From Ramazzottius varieornatus (Eukaryota; Animalia; Tardigrada), in NCBI GenBank assembly GCA_001949185.1, contig BDGG01000003.1, forward strand, positions 1,462,725 to 1,526,724: a stretch of 64,000 nucleotides of DNA, read 5' to 3'. The notes beneath the pieces were generated by a model that worked only from the letters and a program-made list of their open reading frames with translations, was not told the origin of the DNA and made no database searches. Made by a program: the position numbers and the translations under genes. This document shows positions 1 through 13,297 of the stretch, piece after piece (positions within the stretch are counted from its first letter, which is position 1; every line of letters starts with the position of its first letter).

Positions 1-972
1 GGTTATCTTCCAATGACGATTTCGAGAGCTGTTCCTTATTTTGCCTGATAGCCCCAACTTCCCCTTTTGGAAAAGTACCAGACATCTCAATCGAACTAAA
101 TCGAACTACCATAGTCGAAGTAACGATCGCAAAAGCTCACGGCTCGACGGGAGCAGTCGTGTAGAGACCCTTGTTTTCCCGTTGTTTTTCGAACGGTCCC
201 AAAACAGACCTGTGCTTCGAAAAATTTTGTTTTAGACAACGAAAAGACTTCGCTGATGCAGAATGATAGTGCATGTGATCTACTATCGGACGCACTAGAG
301 TTCGCGTGAAATGAGTCACGCTTGACTTTAGTAGACTTGAATTCCAGGAAAAAAAAGTTGATGCTCGGTCGGATGACGACCCTCACCCGAAAAATTTCTT
401 CTCGGCAACCAGCGGTACTTTCAAAGAATTCGTTGCTGGTTGATTCTAGTAGCTTATTGACAGGGCTTTCGCCCGTGGCCGAAAAGTTAGGCCTGAAACT
501 CTCATCGTGAATTGTCCGACAAGTTTGAAAAATCAGTGGTGACAGCTTTGCTTGAACGCTGTACATAGATCAATATCGAAATGCAAGCAAAGACTAAAAC
601 AGCGAAACACCACGATGACCACGCTGTTTTTCCTCCTCACGGGCTGCAAGAAATCGCCCGAATGGTGTCTGCGTCTGAATAGTCGAATTAATCTCTCACA
701 ATGATTCCAGTCGTAATGAGTTTTTCATCTCTCGAATGTCTTAAGCGTTTTTGACGTAACGAGCCGCACAAGTGGTCCTCGTGCATACTTCGTAACACAT
801 GCGGACCTAGTTTTATCTCTGACTTGCCAGCAAATACTTGAATTCAACATAGCACTCAGTCTGATAAGCACCGATCACCTGGATGCACTAGTGTAGATTA
901 CCTGCATTTGTTAACATAAAATCAAAACATTCATCAACATAAATTAAGTGGACAAATCCGGATATATCCGGC

Positions 973-1635
973 TAGTGATGTTCTAGTATGGGTTAATGAG
1001 ATCTAATATAATAAAAATAAACATCCGCCGTCCACCGAAGTCTTAATGATTTGCAATTACTATAGTAGAACCTCTGCCTGATTTAAGAAAATCTTACTAC
1101 AGTAGAACTTTCGGGGGTTTGTGATTAGAAATATATTTTAATATCGGGGAGCTCGACGGAAGATCTGAAGATTCAGAATCACAACCATCAGATCAGCAAA
1201 AATACTGTAGTACAGCTTGCACCCTGCACCTGCACACTGTAACATGGCCGGTTGAAGTGTCAGACTGTATGCAGGTGCACGATATTTAAGCGTATTTATT
1301 TTGCAGTAGCCCTACTGTGCTGCTGTAGAGGCATCATTATGGTGTGGCGCACTTTATAAGGCGTGGTCGCACATCGAGAAACCAACGCACACGCATCAGA
1401 ACTCAGCAAATCAACCAGTTTTTCGAATCCGCGGTAGCGTTACCCGTATTAAAATATATTTTACTATAGATGACGGACAACTTGATAATAATAAAATATC
1501 GCACTTCCAGTTTCAGGCTACTAAAATATAAATATTGGAGTGCAGTGCCTAATTCTGTTTACTAAATATTACTAAATATAGTAGATCCTGAAACCATCTA
1601 CTTTAAAAAAATATTACTATACTAGAACATCACTA
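973..1635. mobile_element. Non-autonomous hAT-type MITE, family A (AT-rich, ~660 bp)
   Basis: TIR TAGTGATGTTCTAGTAT ... ATACTAGAACATCACTA; 8-bp TSD TATCCGGC/CATCCGGC (7/8); near-identical inverted copy at 9317-9989. Confidence 0.9.
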
Positions 1636-2274
1636 CATCCGGCAGTCTCATCAGAGAGACTAGAGGGGGTAGAGGAACCGCTGTGTATGCCGTACAGCCG
1701 TAAAATATGGAAGCCGTGGTGGCACTTACCACTACTGACGAATATCACCATTGGTTCGATACGCGCACATAGAGGCCACGCTCCGGCAGAGTCGGTTGCG
1801 TTACGGTGGGTATACAGCCTCCAAGCACGATGATATGGAACGTGAAAACTCATCTGTACACTGCAAGGCCTACGTCCAGCCGTGATCCAAGCGTTCACAA
1901 GTGGCAAGGAGGAAATCAGCAGGAGGAAGGAAGCACGAAGCTTCGTTTGAGGACGGGATGTCTTGGTTCCAGAATGTCCATCAGCGGTCTCTTTCGTCAG
2001 CAGGAATGGGGCTGTTCAGCGTTGATGTTCCGGTATCAGTCCTCCTCCGTCGCTAGCTGGTTCCCAACGAGTAATCTGCAATACGTTCTACGGAAAAAAG
2101 TTAGGAAGGGAGACGCTCCAGGTAGGGTACAGATCAGTCAGATCCTTGGCAAGCGTGATCCTATTTAGAAATGATCGACGTGGCACGTGCCTTGCCCACC
2201 CGTAAGCTATGTTCGTTTGCCACGCGCTTCGATACTTACGGTAGCAGCTCCGCAGCGAGCCGTATTTAGGTGCT

Positions 2275-2319
2275 TGCCGGACCTATGCCTGCCGGACCTA
2301 TGCCTGCCGGACCTATGCC
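2275..2319 (+). repeat. 15-bp tandem repeat (TGCCGGACCTATGCC) x3
   Basis: Read directly; gives CLPDL x3 in a spurious ORF. Confidence 0.85.
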
Positions 2320-2787
2320 ACAAACGCAGGCGCTTCATGTACTTGCATACACAGTTAATGCGCAGCGGCTCGGTCGATCAGGTTGGGCCGAACTGTCGGT
2401 TTAACCCGGGCAGCTCAAGGTCATCGGTGGTCATCCCTTTGACCTCGAAATTCAATGGAAGCTAGTCCGGCAATGATTTTATCATTGGTAGACTGGCGTG
2501 ACGTACGTACACGTCTCTGTACCCCCTCTAGTCTCTCTGGTCTCATTATACATAGTTCATGGTTCATTAACATTCGTTACAACTAATCGTCTTGATCGAA
2601 ATAGTTTTTTTTTCCAGCAATCATTTTGGAAGCAAGAACAGGTTTTATTCCATCTAGTTCTTCTTGCCTTTCAGATATTTCTGTTGGGCAATCCGCAGGA
2701 ACTACCATCAATCTCGCCGAATTTTGAACCTTATATCATTTTTTGGATTTTTGCAATTTCACGCATGTCGTCCCATACCTGGGCAGG

Positions 2788-2837
2788 NNNNNNNNNNNNN
2801 NNNNNNNNNNNNNNNNNNNNNNNNNNNNNNNNNNNNN
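2788..2837. other. Assembly gap (N run)
   Basis: Run of N. Confidence 0.99.
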
Positions 2838-3946
2838 TCAAATTACAGGATGAAAATTCCACAGGATCATTTCATAGTTACATTCAGCCTAAACAAGATT
2901 TCATGAAAGGAAAAGCTTGGATCATTTCCAAATCTGGCGACTTCTGAAACAAAAGAAGGAGCACCTCTAGGATCGAAACTCAAACTGCAAACAGAGAAAG
3001 CGTGTCGGCCGGAGGCCGGCGAAATCTTCCAAATTTTGCTTCAAAAGACATTCACGGCTTACTTTCCGGCACATGGAAAAAGTACGACAAAACAAAGGGA
3101 ATTACTAGGCCGATCACACGCACGATCCGAACGAACAAATGATGCTTGCCGCAAGTTACCCATTTGGTTTTGATGAGGATTGGAACATGCATGGATGATG
3201 ACTATTCAACCGCCTCGGTTGTTATTCCGCTCATTGACCTTCTGAATAAGTAGCATTCTCCCGTTTTGATTTCAAATACTTCTTGATTGACTGGAACGGC
3301 TGTACGCCTGTACTCGGACCTGATTCATGTGTACGACTCCGTTCAGTAAGATACATTATGAAAATCAGAGATCTTATCAGTTGATCTTCCCCGGCAGCGG
3401 AATGATCGGTAGGTAATTCCAAATTTGTGGAACGGCCATTCGGTAGCCCTTCGAGCTGCTTAAACATTCGAAGCCAGTCTGTGCTCAAGTGGTCTGCAGG
3501 GGGTTGACCGTTTGGAAAATCTCGGGGTCTATCGTTGGTGAAACAGAGCTTAAACTGCTAGGATAGCGTCCATCGGTACTTGGAAGTGCCCGGCGCAAGT
3601 GGTATTGCAATCGTGGTGGTCCATGTCATCCCACTCTCTTCCCGTGCGCGATCGTAGTGGGCTCCGAAAAAAGGCACACATCGCTGCACTTTTCTGCGTG
3701 AAACTGCTCAGTTTCTTGCGCATGAATTTATTTTATTCTTGCTGGTTTGAGTCTGTGAAACCGCATAACTGTACTTTTTCGTGTAGCGAATAGTGAAATT
3801 CCGGGATGATCCTGTTTTTCTAAATCGCACCCAACTTATCATTTCTAGCACTCCCTTTCAAATCTTTTTGGCCAGTTTTTTTGCCTTGGACGTTGTGCGG
3901 TATTCCCTGTGCTTGCTTAAGTGTTTCGTGATGAACAATAGTGACA

Positions 3947-5161
3947 TAGTGCAGGCAACGATACGGTGTACCGATATCGTATCGTAATATATCGAATCTT
4001 TTGCGATAAGATATGCGGCAGATATCGTATCGAAAATATCGGTATGAAACTCTTATCGAATAACGCAATAAAGTATTCGGCGACATCGTATTGCGCCATA
4101 ACGATATTTTCGATATATATGTATTTTGCTGAACGCCCAACTCGGCAATAATATCACGTTTACGGAAGACTAGCTGATTTCAAAGCCTTGATTCCGGCCA
4201 TGGTATGCCGAGCAGGCGAGGACGCTCCGTTCATTCGGCTTTGGTACACGAACGGCGGGATATTATGGGCGAGTGAAAATTACGAACCAGGCCCTTTCGC
4301 TACGCCGGCACGGGCAGGTGATTCTCGCTACAAGTGAAAAACAGCTGCCCAGCTACAAGTACGTGCTGGATGTTAGGCCGAGAAGCTAAAACCTGTCATG
4401 TTAATTTTATTGTAACCATGAGATCTTTTCTCTACCGGAACAAGCACACCTTTAAGAGTCAGAGGAGCACACCATGATAATTTCGGAATCTCAAATCACA
4501 ATGGTAGTCGGAGCGAAAATCACTGAGTCGAACGAGGTACCTACTACAATTCCGTGTTGCTCGATCTTGCACGTTTCTATCGCAAAACTGGTTACGGGAT
4601 GGATATTGGGACAAAGAGTCCAGAAGTTCTCCGAGAGAAAGTCGAATGGGTATGCACAGCTGATCAGCTGATGGATACTGTCCATGACAATTTTCTACGG
4701 TTGAATTTTACTACGTTATGTCATTTGTCCGATTTCTCGCGCTGACTTCCATACAAATTGTAAATTTGCCGTCTTTTCCGCCTGGCCCGTAATTTTTACT
4801 GGCCCATAATATCCCGTCGTTCGTGTACTAATTGTATCCCGGTTTCCATGTATTTGAAGTCGTATAGTCACGTCTTTGCTGTGCTCCACGCTTTCGATCT
4901 TACTGATACTTTTTGCGGAAATCAGCTTCTTGAGTTCTTAGTCTCGAACCAGCGGAATTCCGACAAAATTAAAGTTGCAGAAATATCGATATATCGCCCG
5001 CGATATGAATCACATGATACAGTAAATCGAAAATACGGTATCGAAGAAATATCGTATTGAAGCATCGATACCGAATGAATATCGAAGACCGCGGTAAAAT
5101 ATCCGCCGATACTTTATCGTAAATTATCGTATCGAACCTTATCGTATTTTTGCCAGCACTA
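3947..5161. mobile_element. hAT-type MITE, family B (CGATA-rich subterminal repeats), interrupted by a nested MITE
   Basis: Ends TAGTGCAGGCA ... TGCCAGCACTA; homologous to 21935-22564 and 53815-54423 in opposite orientation; TSD not clear. Confidence 0.85.
4247..4825. mobile_element. TA-targeting MITE, family C, nested in the family B copy
   Basis: ~38-bp TIR CACGAACG(G/A)CGGGATATTATGGGC(G/C)AGT(G/A)AAAATTACG; TA on both sides; the empty site is present in the other family B copies. Confidence 0.85.
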
Positions 5162-5384
5162 AACAATACACGAACGATGTTTAATTAGGGGATACCAAAA
5201 ATTTCGGGACAGGCCTTTCGCTACAGCGGTACGGAAGCACGTACGCACACGACCGATTCACACTATTGTACTTTTCAACACATTTCTACGATCCGAGTTC
5301 CATTCTACCGTCCTTTCCGCCGGTCCAAAACAACGAAGGCATTAGAGGAAGAGTTTAAACGTATACACGACCCGTAGCGTAAAG

Positions 5385-5820
5385 TAGAGCACGGAATCTG
5401 GCCGCATGCGCTGCACTGCACTGCAGCTGCGCTGTGCTGCAGCACAGCAGCAGCGCGTGACCTGACGAAATTTGTGCGGCACAGCACAGCATACAGCAGA
5501 AAGCCATAGACTACCGCGCAGATGCACCTACCGGAACCTAACAAAAAATACGGTTTTTGGGCATTCGAACGTCAGCCGTCTCAGCTTTGCCGTACTTTAG
5601 GGCAACGCTCTCCAGGTTGACTACCGATTTCACTGACTGAATCACAAACCACGTCAATACATTGGCGTTCCGCGCTGTTGCACCAGGTCAACGTGCATCT
5701 ACAGCACAGCTGCTTAGCCACTGAGCATAAAAGTTGTGCAGCACAGCGCAGCGTACAGCGCCCTGGTAAGGTGCGCGGAACAGTTGCAGCGTACTTTTGG
5801 ACCTGCGGCCCAGTGCTCTA
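5385..5820. mobile_element. hAT MITE sharing termini with the adjacent hAT transposon
   Basis: TIR TAGAGCAC(G/T)G; perfect 8-bp TSD GCGTAAAG; GCAGC-rich subtermini and right end ACCTGCGGCCCAG shared with 5955-8960. Confidence 0.9.
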
Positions 5821-5954
5821 GCGTAAAGCGGGGTGAGAGCGTAGTAAGTGACGTAAGCATCTGCGGAAAAACTGAGCTATGGTTACTGTAATATCGTACG
5901 GCGTCTCGCGCACGCTCGGACTGTGTAGTTACAATCAACTTTCAAGGTAGACAC

Positions 5955-8900
5955 TAGGGACCGGGATCTGGCGACGTACGCTGTACTGCGCTGCAGCTGC
6001 GCTGCGCAGCAGTGCAGTTGCAGCGTTCACTTTGGCATTTGTGTGCAGCGCAGCGCACTATGCAGCGTGTGGCAAGCTAACGCAGCGCAGCTGCAAACGG
6101 CACAAAAAGACGGTTTTCGGTTTTCGAACTGAGAATCTCCCGGTTGGTGGCCGTTATCAAACCCTTGCTTACCACGTGTTTTCTGTTTGCTGATAAACCA
6201 CCGACTGGTCGCGCAAGCTCGCCCCGAAATAGTGTTTTGCCCAGCCGTAAAGCGCCTGGTAGTTAATCTGTCAGTGGAACCGGAAGTCTCGGAGTTCGAT
6301 AAAGTTACTTCTGTAGAAAGTTTCAGCGGACTTTGTTGTGGACTGCCTTTTGTTAGCCTTGATTAGAGCTCTGATGGAGGATCACCTGTTGTCCGACGAT
6401 TCTCTGGAGGAAAGCGGAGACGAAAGATTTGCCGAAAAGCCGTCCAGAAGCGGAGAAAGTCCAGCGGGAAGATGCCTGTCAAAAGGAGATCTGTTCTGCC
6501 TTCTGAGATTCAGCTTAAAGCTAGGTACATTTACCAAACTGCGTACCTGTGATTAGAGCTCTAACTAATCAGCGCCGATATTTACTGTACGATTTGGTTA
6601 CAGAGGTATGCCGGTTGAAGAAGTGGCGAATATGGTTAAGAACGACATATTCGTCTTACGAGCAGAAATTTTTGGTAGCCGAAAGGGAGCTCCGTTCTGG
6701 GACATAATGAGACGCGTTGTGGATAAAGAGTCCGAAGATAGGCTCGACATTGTATGCTGTAGTAGATGTAAGCAAGTGTGGAAGCATGACAAAACTGTGA
6801 ATACTGATGCTCTTCATCGGCATGTCTCGAAATGTGGCGTCAAGGCGAACCAGCCCTAGATTACTGGCTACCTTAAGTCACACAAGCTGCCCCCGGCCGC
6901 AAAGCAAGAAATGTCCCGAGTATGTGCTTGATACTGCGCAGTGGATGGAAGGAGCTTCGAAGAAGTGGCTGGAACCGGATTTAGAGCTCTAATAGATACC
7001 GTAATCGATGTTACGATGAAATATAGCCATGCTGGAAAGCCCACTGCTCGCGACATGCTGCCCGACCCAACTACAGTGAGCCAGTACGTCGGAAAAGAAG
7101 CCAAAGCCATCAGGGAATCTCTCCTTGAGGAAGTCACACCCATCCTACGACTTCGCGGTAGAGGCATAACGCTTGACTTTTGGGGAGAAGAGTACACTAA
7201 AGTGTCGTACTTAGGTAAGAGGAACTGTTGACTGTTTTTGGGCAGCAGGATTACACCATTTGTAGTCTGTATGAGTGGCATAGGGCTTTCGTTTTTGCAG
7301 GCTGTACTGTGCACTATATGTTCGGCGGATCGGAGCTCCGGGAAAGACTACTTTTGTGTAGCGAATGGGACACCGTGGACAGAAAGACGGGCGCGGCTGT
7401 ACAAAAGTTCATTTTTAGCAAACTTCGAGAAATCGGCTTGTGTGAGGAAGATCTGAAGCTGTGCACCTTTGTTACGGATCAAGGCGGAAACATGAAAGTA
7501 GCTTTTCGTAACTCGGGCTTCGAGCGCATCAACTGCGCCGGACATCTTCTTAACACCTGTTCGCAAAACTGCCTCAAATCCAACCCGAAAAGTCAGCATC
7601 CCATGCCTGCAGAAGCCTTACCAGTTCTTGCTTTAGTTAACCAGGTCAAGTCCCTCGTTACACACTGTGAGCAAGGTGGTATCAGTCGGCAGCTTAAAAC
7701 AACGTTGAAGCAACACTGCGAAACCCGGTAAGGCCGAACCAAGGCCATGATATTAGAGCTCCAATTCATGTTTCCAACACCTAGTATGAACTGGAATTTA
7801 ATTTTAGGTGGAACACCCACGTCGAAATGTTTGCTTCGGCTCTGGCTGTCTACGAGCAGCTTGAAGACATCCTTGCTGAGCGAAAGGAGTCTCATCTTTT
7901 GCCGAGTAGGCAGAAAATGCAAGAGTTTCACGACCTGTTTGAGCCTGCACGGGATGCTGCATTCCTTCTTTCGGCTTCGAAACGTCCAACAATTCATCTC
8001 GTGGTTCCAGCGTATCTCGAACTGGAGCGCCACTTCAAGGATCAGGTGCCGTCTGACTTTCCGGAAATTAGAGCCTTCCAGAAACATGTCGAAAACGTTT
8101 TCAACAAGAAGCTCGAGATTGATGAGCTTCATAGAGTGGCCGTCTTTCTGGATCCCTCCATGAAGCATCTTCAGTTCCTAACTGCGACTGAACGAGTAGC
8201 TGTTCTCAAGCAAGCGATGGAAGAAGTGCAGAAAATTCCACAGCCAGAAAAGACAGGAGCTCCGATAGTAGAAGGTAAAAGCCATTATGCCGCGCACTGA
8301 GTCACGCATTTCGTTAAAAACTACATAGCGAAAAAAGGAAAGCTCTAATTTGTCAATACTTCTCACTGTAACATTTGGACATCAAATCTAACCTGAACAG
8401 TGATCAGTGCAGGAGAATGGCTTTTACTATTCGACTATCGCAGTAGCTTCAAGAGGCAATACCAAGTTCAACGTGAAAGCCTTGGCCAAGTATTCTGCCG
8501 ACAATCCCATCGGAAACGAAGTCGAGCGCTATGCGAGTTTGCTCAGTCCTCCCGAAGACCAAGATGTCCTTAGCTTTTGGACAGAGAAAGAGAATGACTT
8601 TCCTCGTTTGAAGTGCTTTGCGCTGCGAATCCTTTCTGTATCTGCCACTAGCACACCTTCCGAACGTTTGTTTAGCAGATCTGGAACTGCTGTATCGGAG
8701 AAGCGTACAAATTTAGCTCCTCAAACCTCAAGCGATCTCATGGTTGTCCAGTCTAATTTCGAATTTGAGAATGTCTAATTTTGTATTTGGGAATTTTAAG
8801 TTCGAAATTGAACCGCAGCGCAGTTACCTCGCACGTACAGTAAGGTACAGCGCAGCTGCACCGTCGGTCCAGTCCAGATTCACGCAGCGCAGTTGCCGAG

Positions 8901-8960
8901 TACCAGAAAAGGGCGCAGCGCAGATGCAGCGTACTTTTTGACCTGCGGCCCAGGTCTCTA
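5955..8960 (+). mobile_element. Full-length hAT (Hermes/Ac-like) DNA transposon
   Basis: Imperfect TIRs TAGGGACCGGG / TAGAGACCTGGG; perfect 8-bp TSD GTAGACAC (5947-5954, 8961-8968); internal transposase. Confidence 0.95.
6471..8778 (+). pseudogene. Spliced hAT transposase with two in-frame stops
   Basis: BED finger (FW..CSRC..LHRHVSKC), DGRSFEEVAGTGF, LDFW, VTDQGGNM, CAGH, TR|WN across an intron, SATSTPSERLFS; TAG at 6857 and TGA near 6929 break the frame; start codon uncertain. Confidence 0.9.
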
Positions 8961-9316
8961 GTAGACACACACCCTTGTAGACGGAGGTAGTAAAGTGCAA
9001 GTGACCCAACATGAATCAGAACGAAAAAAGAAAAACTCTAGTTATGGTCGAAAAAGCTACCGCTGCACCAGACAGACATTCTCGAGACCTGGAGGTCGGC
9101 GGATCGACTCATGTTCCGCCTTGTATCTCTATATTTATCACTAGTATTAATTGTAATTCCCACCCTAATTAGCGTTTCCGGTGTTCCCAGGCAGACGTTC
9201 CCGGTCCTTAAGTTTGGGCGGGATTTTCCCGGTACTGTAATTCTGGACTCGTTTGAGTGGGAATATTCCCGGCATTCCCGGCCTTAGTCTAGATGTGTCT
9301 ACTACGCGCCTTCGGG

Positions 9317-9989
9317 TAGTGATGTCCTAGTATAGTAATATTTTTTTAAAGTAGATGATAGTAGATGGTTTCAGGATCTACTATATTTAGTAATATTTAG
9401 TAAACAAAATTAGGCACTGCATTCCAATATTTATATTTTAGTAGCCTGAAACTGGAAGTGCGATATTTTATTATTATCAAGTTGTCCGTCATCTATAGTA
9501 AAATATATTTTAATACGGGTAACGCTACCGCGGATTCGAAAAACTGGTTGATTTGCTGAGTTCTGATGCGTGTGCGTTGGTTTCTCGATGTGCGACCACG
9601 CCTTATAAAGTGCGCCACACCATAATGATGCCTCTACAGCAGCACAGTAGGGCTACTGCAAAATAAATACGCTTAAATATCGTGCACCTGCATACAGTCT
9701 GACACTTCAACCGGCCATGTTACAGTGTGCAGGTGCAGGGTGCAAGCTGTACTACAGTATTTTTGCTGATCTGATGGTTGTGATTCTGAATCTTCAGATC
9801 TTCCGTCGAGCTCCCCGATATTAAAATATATTTCTAATCACAAACCCCCGAAAGTTCTACTGTAGTAAGATTTTCTTAAATCAGGCAGAGGTTCTACTAT
9901 AGTAATTGCAAATCATTAAGACTTCGGTGGACGGCGGATGTTTATTTTTATTGTATTAAATGCCATAATCACATATTAGAACATTATTA
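9317..9989. mobile_element. hAT MITE family A, second copy, inverted relative to 973-1635
   Basis: Reverse complement of 973-1635; perfect 8-bp TSD CCTTCGGG (9309-9316, 9990-9997). Confidence 0.92.
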
Positions 9990-10156
9990 CCTTCGGGTAG
10001 GCGCGCAGTACAAGTGTATAACCCGTAGGAGTGACTCGTATCCCACTGTGGTGCTACAGTACTTATTAAGTTAGCGTTAAGTCGTTAACAGCTGACCAGT
10101 CAGTAGATTCGAAGTCTCTTCGGTCCGAAGAATCGTTGCTGATCCCGTGTATCGCA

Positions 10157-13100
10157 ATGGGTATTCAAGGCTTACTACCCTTTGTGCAGAAAGCCTGTCG
10201 TACTGTCAACATCTCCGATTTTGCTGGATGTTCCGTGGCCATCGACGGACACTGCTGGCTGCATCGAGCGATCTGTGCATGCGCGGAGAAACTCATCCGA
10301 GGAGAGTCAACCACTCAGTGAGCTATCTAGCTTTGATTGTTGATTACTACGGGGTAGCTTCCGTTGCTTGGCCGCTAAAATTCCCCTGATTCGCTTTGCA
10401 CTTTGCAGGTATGTTGCATTCTGCGTGAAATACCTGAACCTGCTCAAGAAGCACAAGATAACACCAATCATCGTCTTCGATGGAAACTCACTGCCGTCAA
10501 AGAATGCGACACGGGCGAGTCGGCGCGAGTAAGTCTAACTTGTGTCACCTCTGATGGTGTTCCAGCAATGTTCTGGCGTGCTCTTCTGTAGGAAGAAGAG
10601 ATTCGCTCGAGCTCAAGGTGAAGCGAAAGAACGCGAAGGAAAATATAGCGAGGCCAGGCAGTTTTACGTCCAAAGCCTCGATATCACTGCCGAAATGGTT
10701 CAAGATGTGATCCAGGTAAAAAACTGTACTGAGGAGCGCGTGATGTCAAGCGTGCCTACATTAGACGACAGTGTACATGTTGCTGATAATACGTTCCCTT
10801 GGATGAGGTTATGCGCGACTATCACCTACTAGCTGTCGCTGGTCGCGCATGACGTTACTACAAACACAGTACAGAGGTTATTTTTTCAAAGCTCGCCATA
10901 GTGCACGTGGACTGTAAGTCTGTATCATCTTTTCTTGTCCAGTTTGTCCTTTGATCGTGGGCTTCTGCAACGTGCTCATATTTTTTAGGCCTGCAAAGAA
11001 GCCGACGTGGACTACCTGGTTGCTCCCTTCGAAGCAGACGCGCAGCTGACGTACCTTATGAACCGCGGTATCGTCCACCTCATCGTGACGGAAGATTCTG
11101 ACTTGATCGCTTTCGGCTGCAAGCGAGTACGACATCTCCCTTCCTTTTTTCTTCCTCTAATTCCGTATGAGTTTCTTCCCGGACTTTTTGTTTTCTAGAT
11201 ATTGTTCAAGTTAGATCTAGCCGGTAACGGCCTTCTGTACGAGCGACATCTCCTCTACAAATGCCTCAGTCCGCGGGCCTCCCTCCTGATCACCCCTGAT
11301 CCGTCCAGTAGCTCCAACGACGAAATGCTGTTCACTCGTTTCCGTTACGCCTGTATCATGAGCGGCTGTGATTACTACCCGGGAGGCTTCTCAGGTGTGG
11401 GACTGCTCAAAGCCTGCAAAGCCATGATGAGTTGCAGCAACATCACACCGCTCGACAAAGTAAGTCTATTCTCCCATTTTCCATGATTTGTTCCTGGGCT
11501 CCAACTTTTTGAAAGAGGTCGGACGTTCCCAGATGCTCAATCGATTACCGCAGTACCTCAGAAGCTACCACATGACCATTCGGGAAGACGAGAAGAAACA
11601 CTTCATCAAAGCCAACCAAACATTCCTCCACCAAACTGTATTCGATCCGCTTTCTCGACAACTCGTGCCGCTGTCTCCTTTACCAGAAGACTTGAAAGAC
11701 TCGGACCTTTCGTTCGCCGGACAGTAAGATATGCAAATTTTATGTTCATTTCTTTCCGTCTTTTTGCAGGCAGAAAATATTGAAAATATTTCTGAATGAT
11801 ATGATTTGATTATTCCAAGGTTTATGCTGATTTTGCAGTGGAATCTTGTCCGATGGGGAAGCCCTACAAATGGCCATCGGTCATCTTCTAGTAGCCTACC
11901 CGAATTCCCAAGACGACGATCAAGATAACGCTTCTGCCGTCGAAAGTACCGTTTCTCCTCCAGCTACTCCGCAACCATCTCAAAGCAAACTCCGAACGTC
12001 CACCCTGTCCAAGAAGGTCCGCAAAAACGGCATCTGGAGTCAGAACTTCAGCTTGCCGACACCGCTGAAGTCCCCGGTCAGATCGCCCATCAAGCGTCGA
12101 GCCACCACCGGACAGACAGTGACGGTCGATGTGTCGGCCTTCTCGCGGTCACAGAAAACATCGAGCTCCTCAGCTGACAACTCGCAAGCAGAAAACCATC
12201 CCGAAACAAGTAAGCTTGAACCGAAAAATACGTAGTCGAATGAAAACGATGTTTTCAACGAAGACGAACGAGTTCGTTTTCCCCTAGTGGCGCACGCTTG
12301 ACGCGTCCAGCCAATGCTATTGATACGTAAGCCGTGCGTCACTTGAGAGAAAGACCTGCCGAACTTCCTTAACGAACCATATTAATTTTTATTCGTTAAG
12401 GTTCTTCAAGGTCTTCGCAAGAGCCGTCACAGTTCGTCCAGTTCGGGCCTTCGCCTTCCAAAGAAGCTCGCTTTACTGAGCTGACGCAGTTTCGAGAACT
12501 GAAGCTAAAACGGAAGGCAGAGTCGATCGACTTGTCGAACGAAGACGGGGATGCAGACGATATCCCTGCACCCAAGACACCCGTCAAGAAAACCTTCTCC
12601 TGGTCCCCGAACCCCAGACTGAAGAGATCTTTCTCTGCGTTCACGCAAAGCTTCCCTCTGATGAGCGTAGGCAAGAACGCGAGAAAGCTGACGGCACATG
12701 CTGAACTACGCTCCCAAACTCAAATCGTCCGAAGCAGGTAAAATATTTCACCAAATTATTCTCATCATTGTTTCTGAAAACGATATATCGATAGTGTGTT
12801 CGAATATTCTTCCAAAAAAAGCTGAAATTTTGAAGTGGTTACTGTATTTTTCCACCTTTAGTTATTTTGGGGGAGCCGAAACCAGAATAACAACGATTAC
12901 AGAAGCTTCCGCTGCTGAAATAGCCGCACCGAGTACAAGTGACTATGGTTCGATGAACAGTCTTGCGACAATTGACACTTCGTTCGGGAAAGTCACTCCG
13001 GAGAGAGAGGCTTTCACTGATTCAGTCGCTGTCGATCGTCTTCAAGTTGACGATGACATCACGGTAGTTTTCGAGTCACCTCCTTCGGCTCGTGCTTCGA

Positions 13101-13297
13101 GAAGAATGGACTCGGAGAAGGTCGAAGCGAGTTCTGAAGAACCTTCCTTGTCTTCCGTGTCGTCCTCCAGCCATCCTGTCAGTCTTGTCTCAAGAGGCTT
13201 AAGTATTCCAAAGAGTAGAATAACCACAAGCTCAGTATTTTCTGCCTCTGGTAAAATTGATTTCTCAAAGTATGCTTTCAAAAAAGCGACCAAGTGA
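10157..13297 (+). CDS. exo1: Exonuclease 1 (XPG/FEN1 family), about 9 exons
   Basis: [58 protein letters not shown] (H3TH), F.HQTVFDP; GT-AG introns join these in frame; Ser-rich tail; C-terminal FSKYAFKK. Confidence 0.93.

Noticed and set aside
96-566. 156-aa minus-strand ORF (also 20352-20747)
   Set aside because: No recognisable motif or supportable exon structure
3231-3600. Possible pogo/CENP-B HTH remnant (FPNGQP...DWLRMF) on the minus strand
   Set aside because: Only a few residues match, with stops nearby and no DDE domain or TIRs
3820-4151. Arg/Tyr/Ile-rich small ORFs (also near 22000 and 54150-54490)
   Set aside because: Translations of the CGATA subterminal repeats of MITE family B
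973-9989. 9-kb composite transposon bounded by 660-bp inverted repeats around the hAT transposase
   Set aside because: Each repeat has its own TIRs and its own different 8-bp TSD, so they are independent MITE insertions
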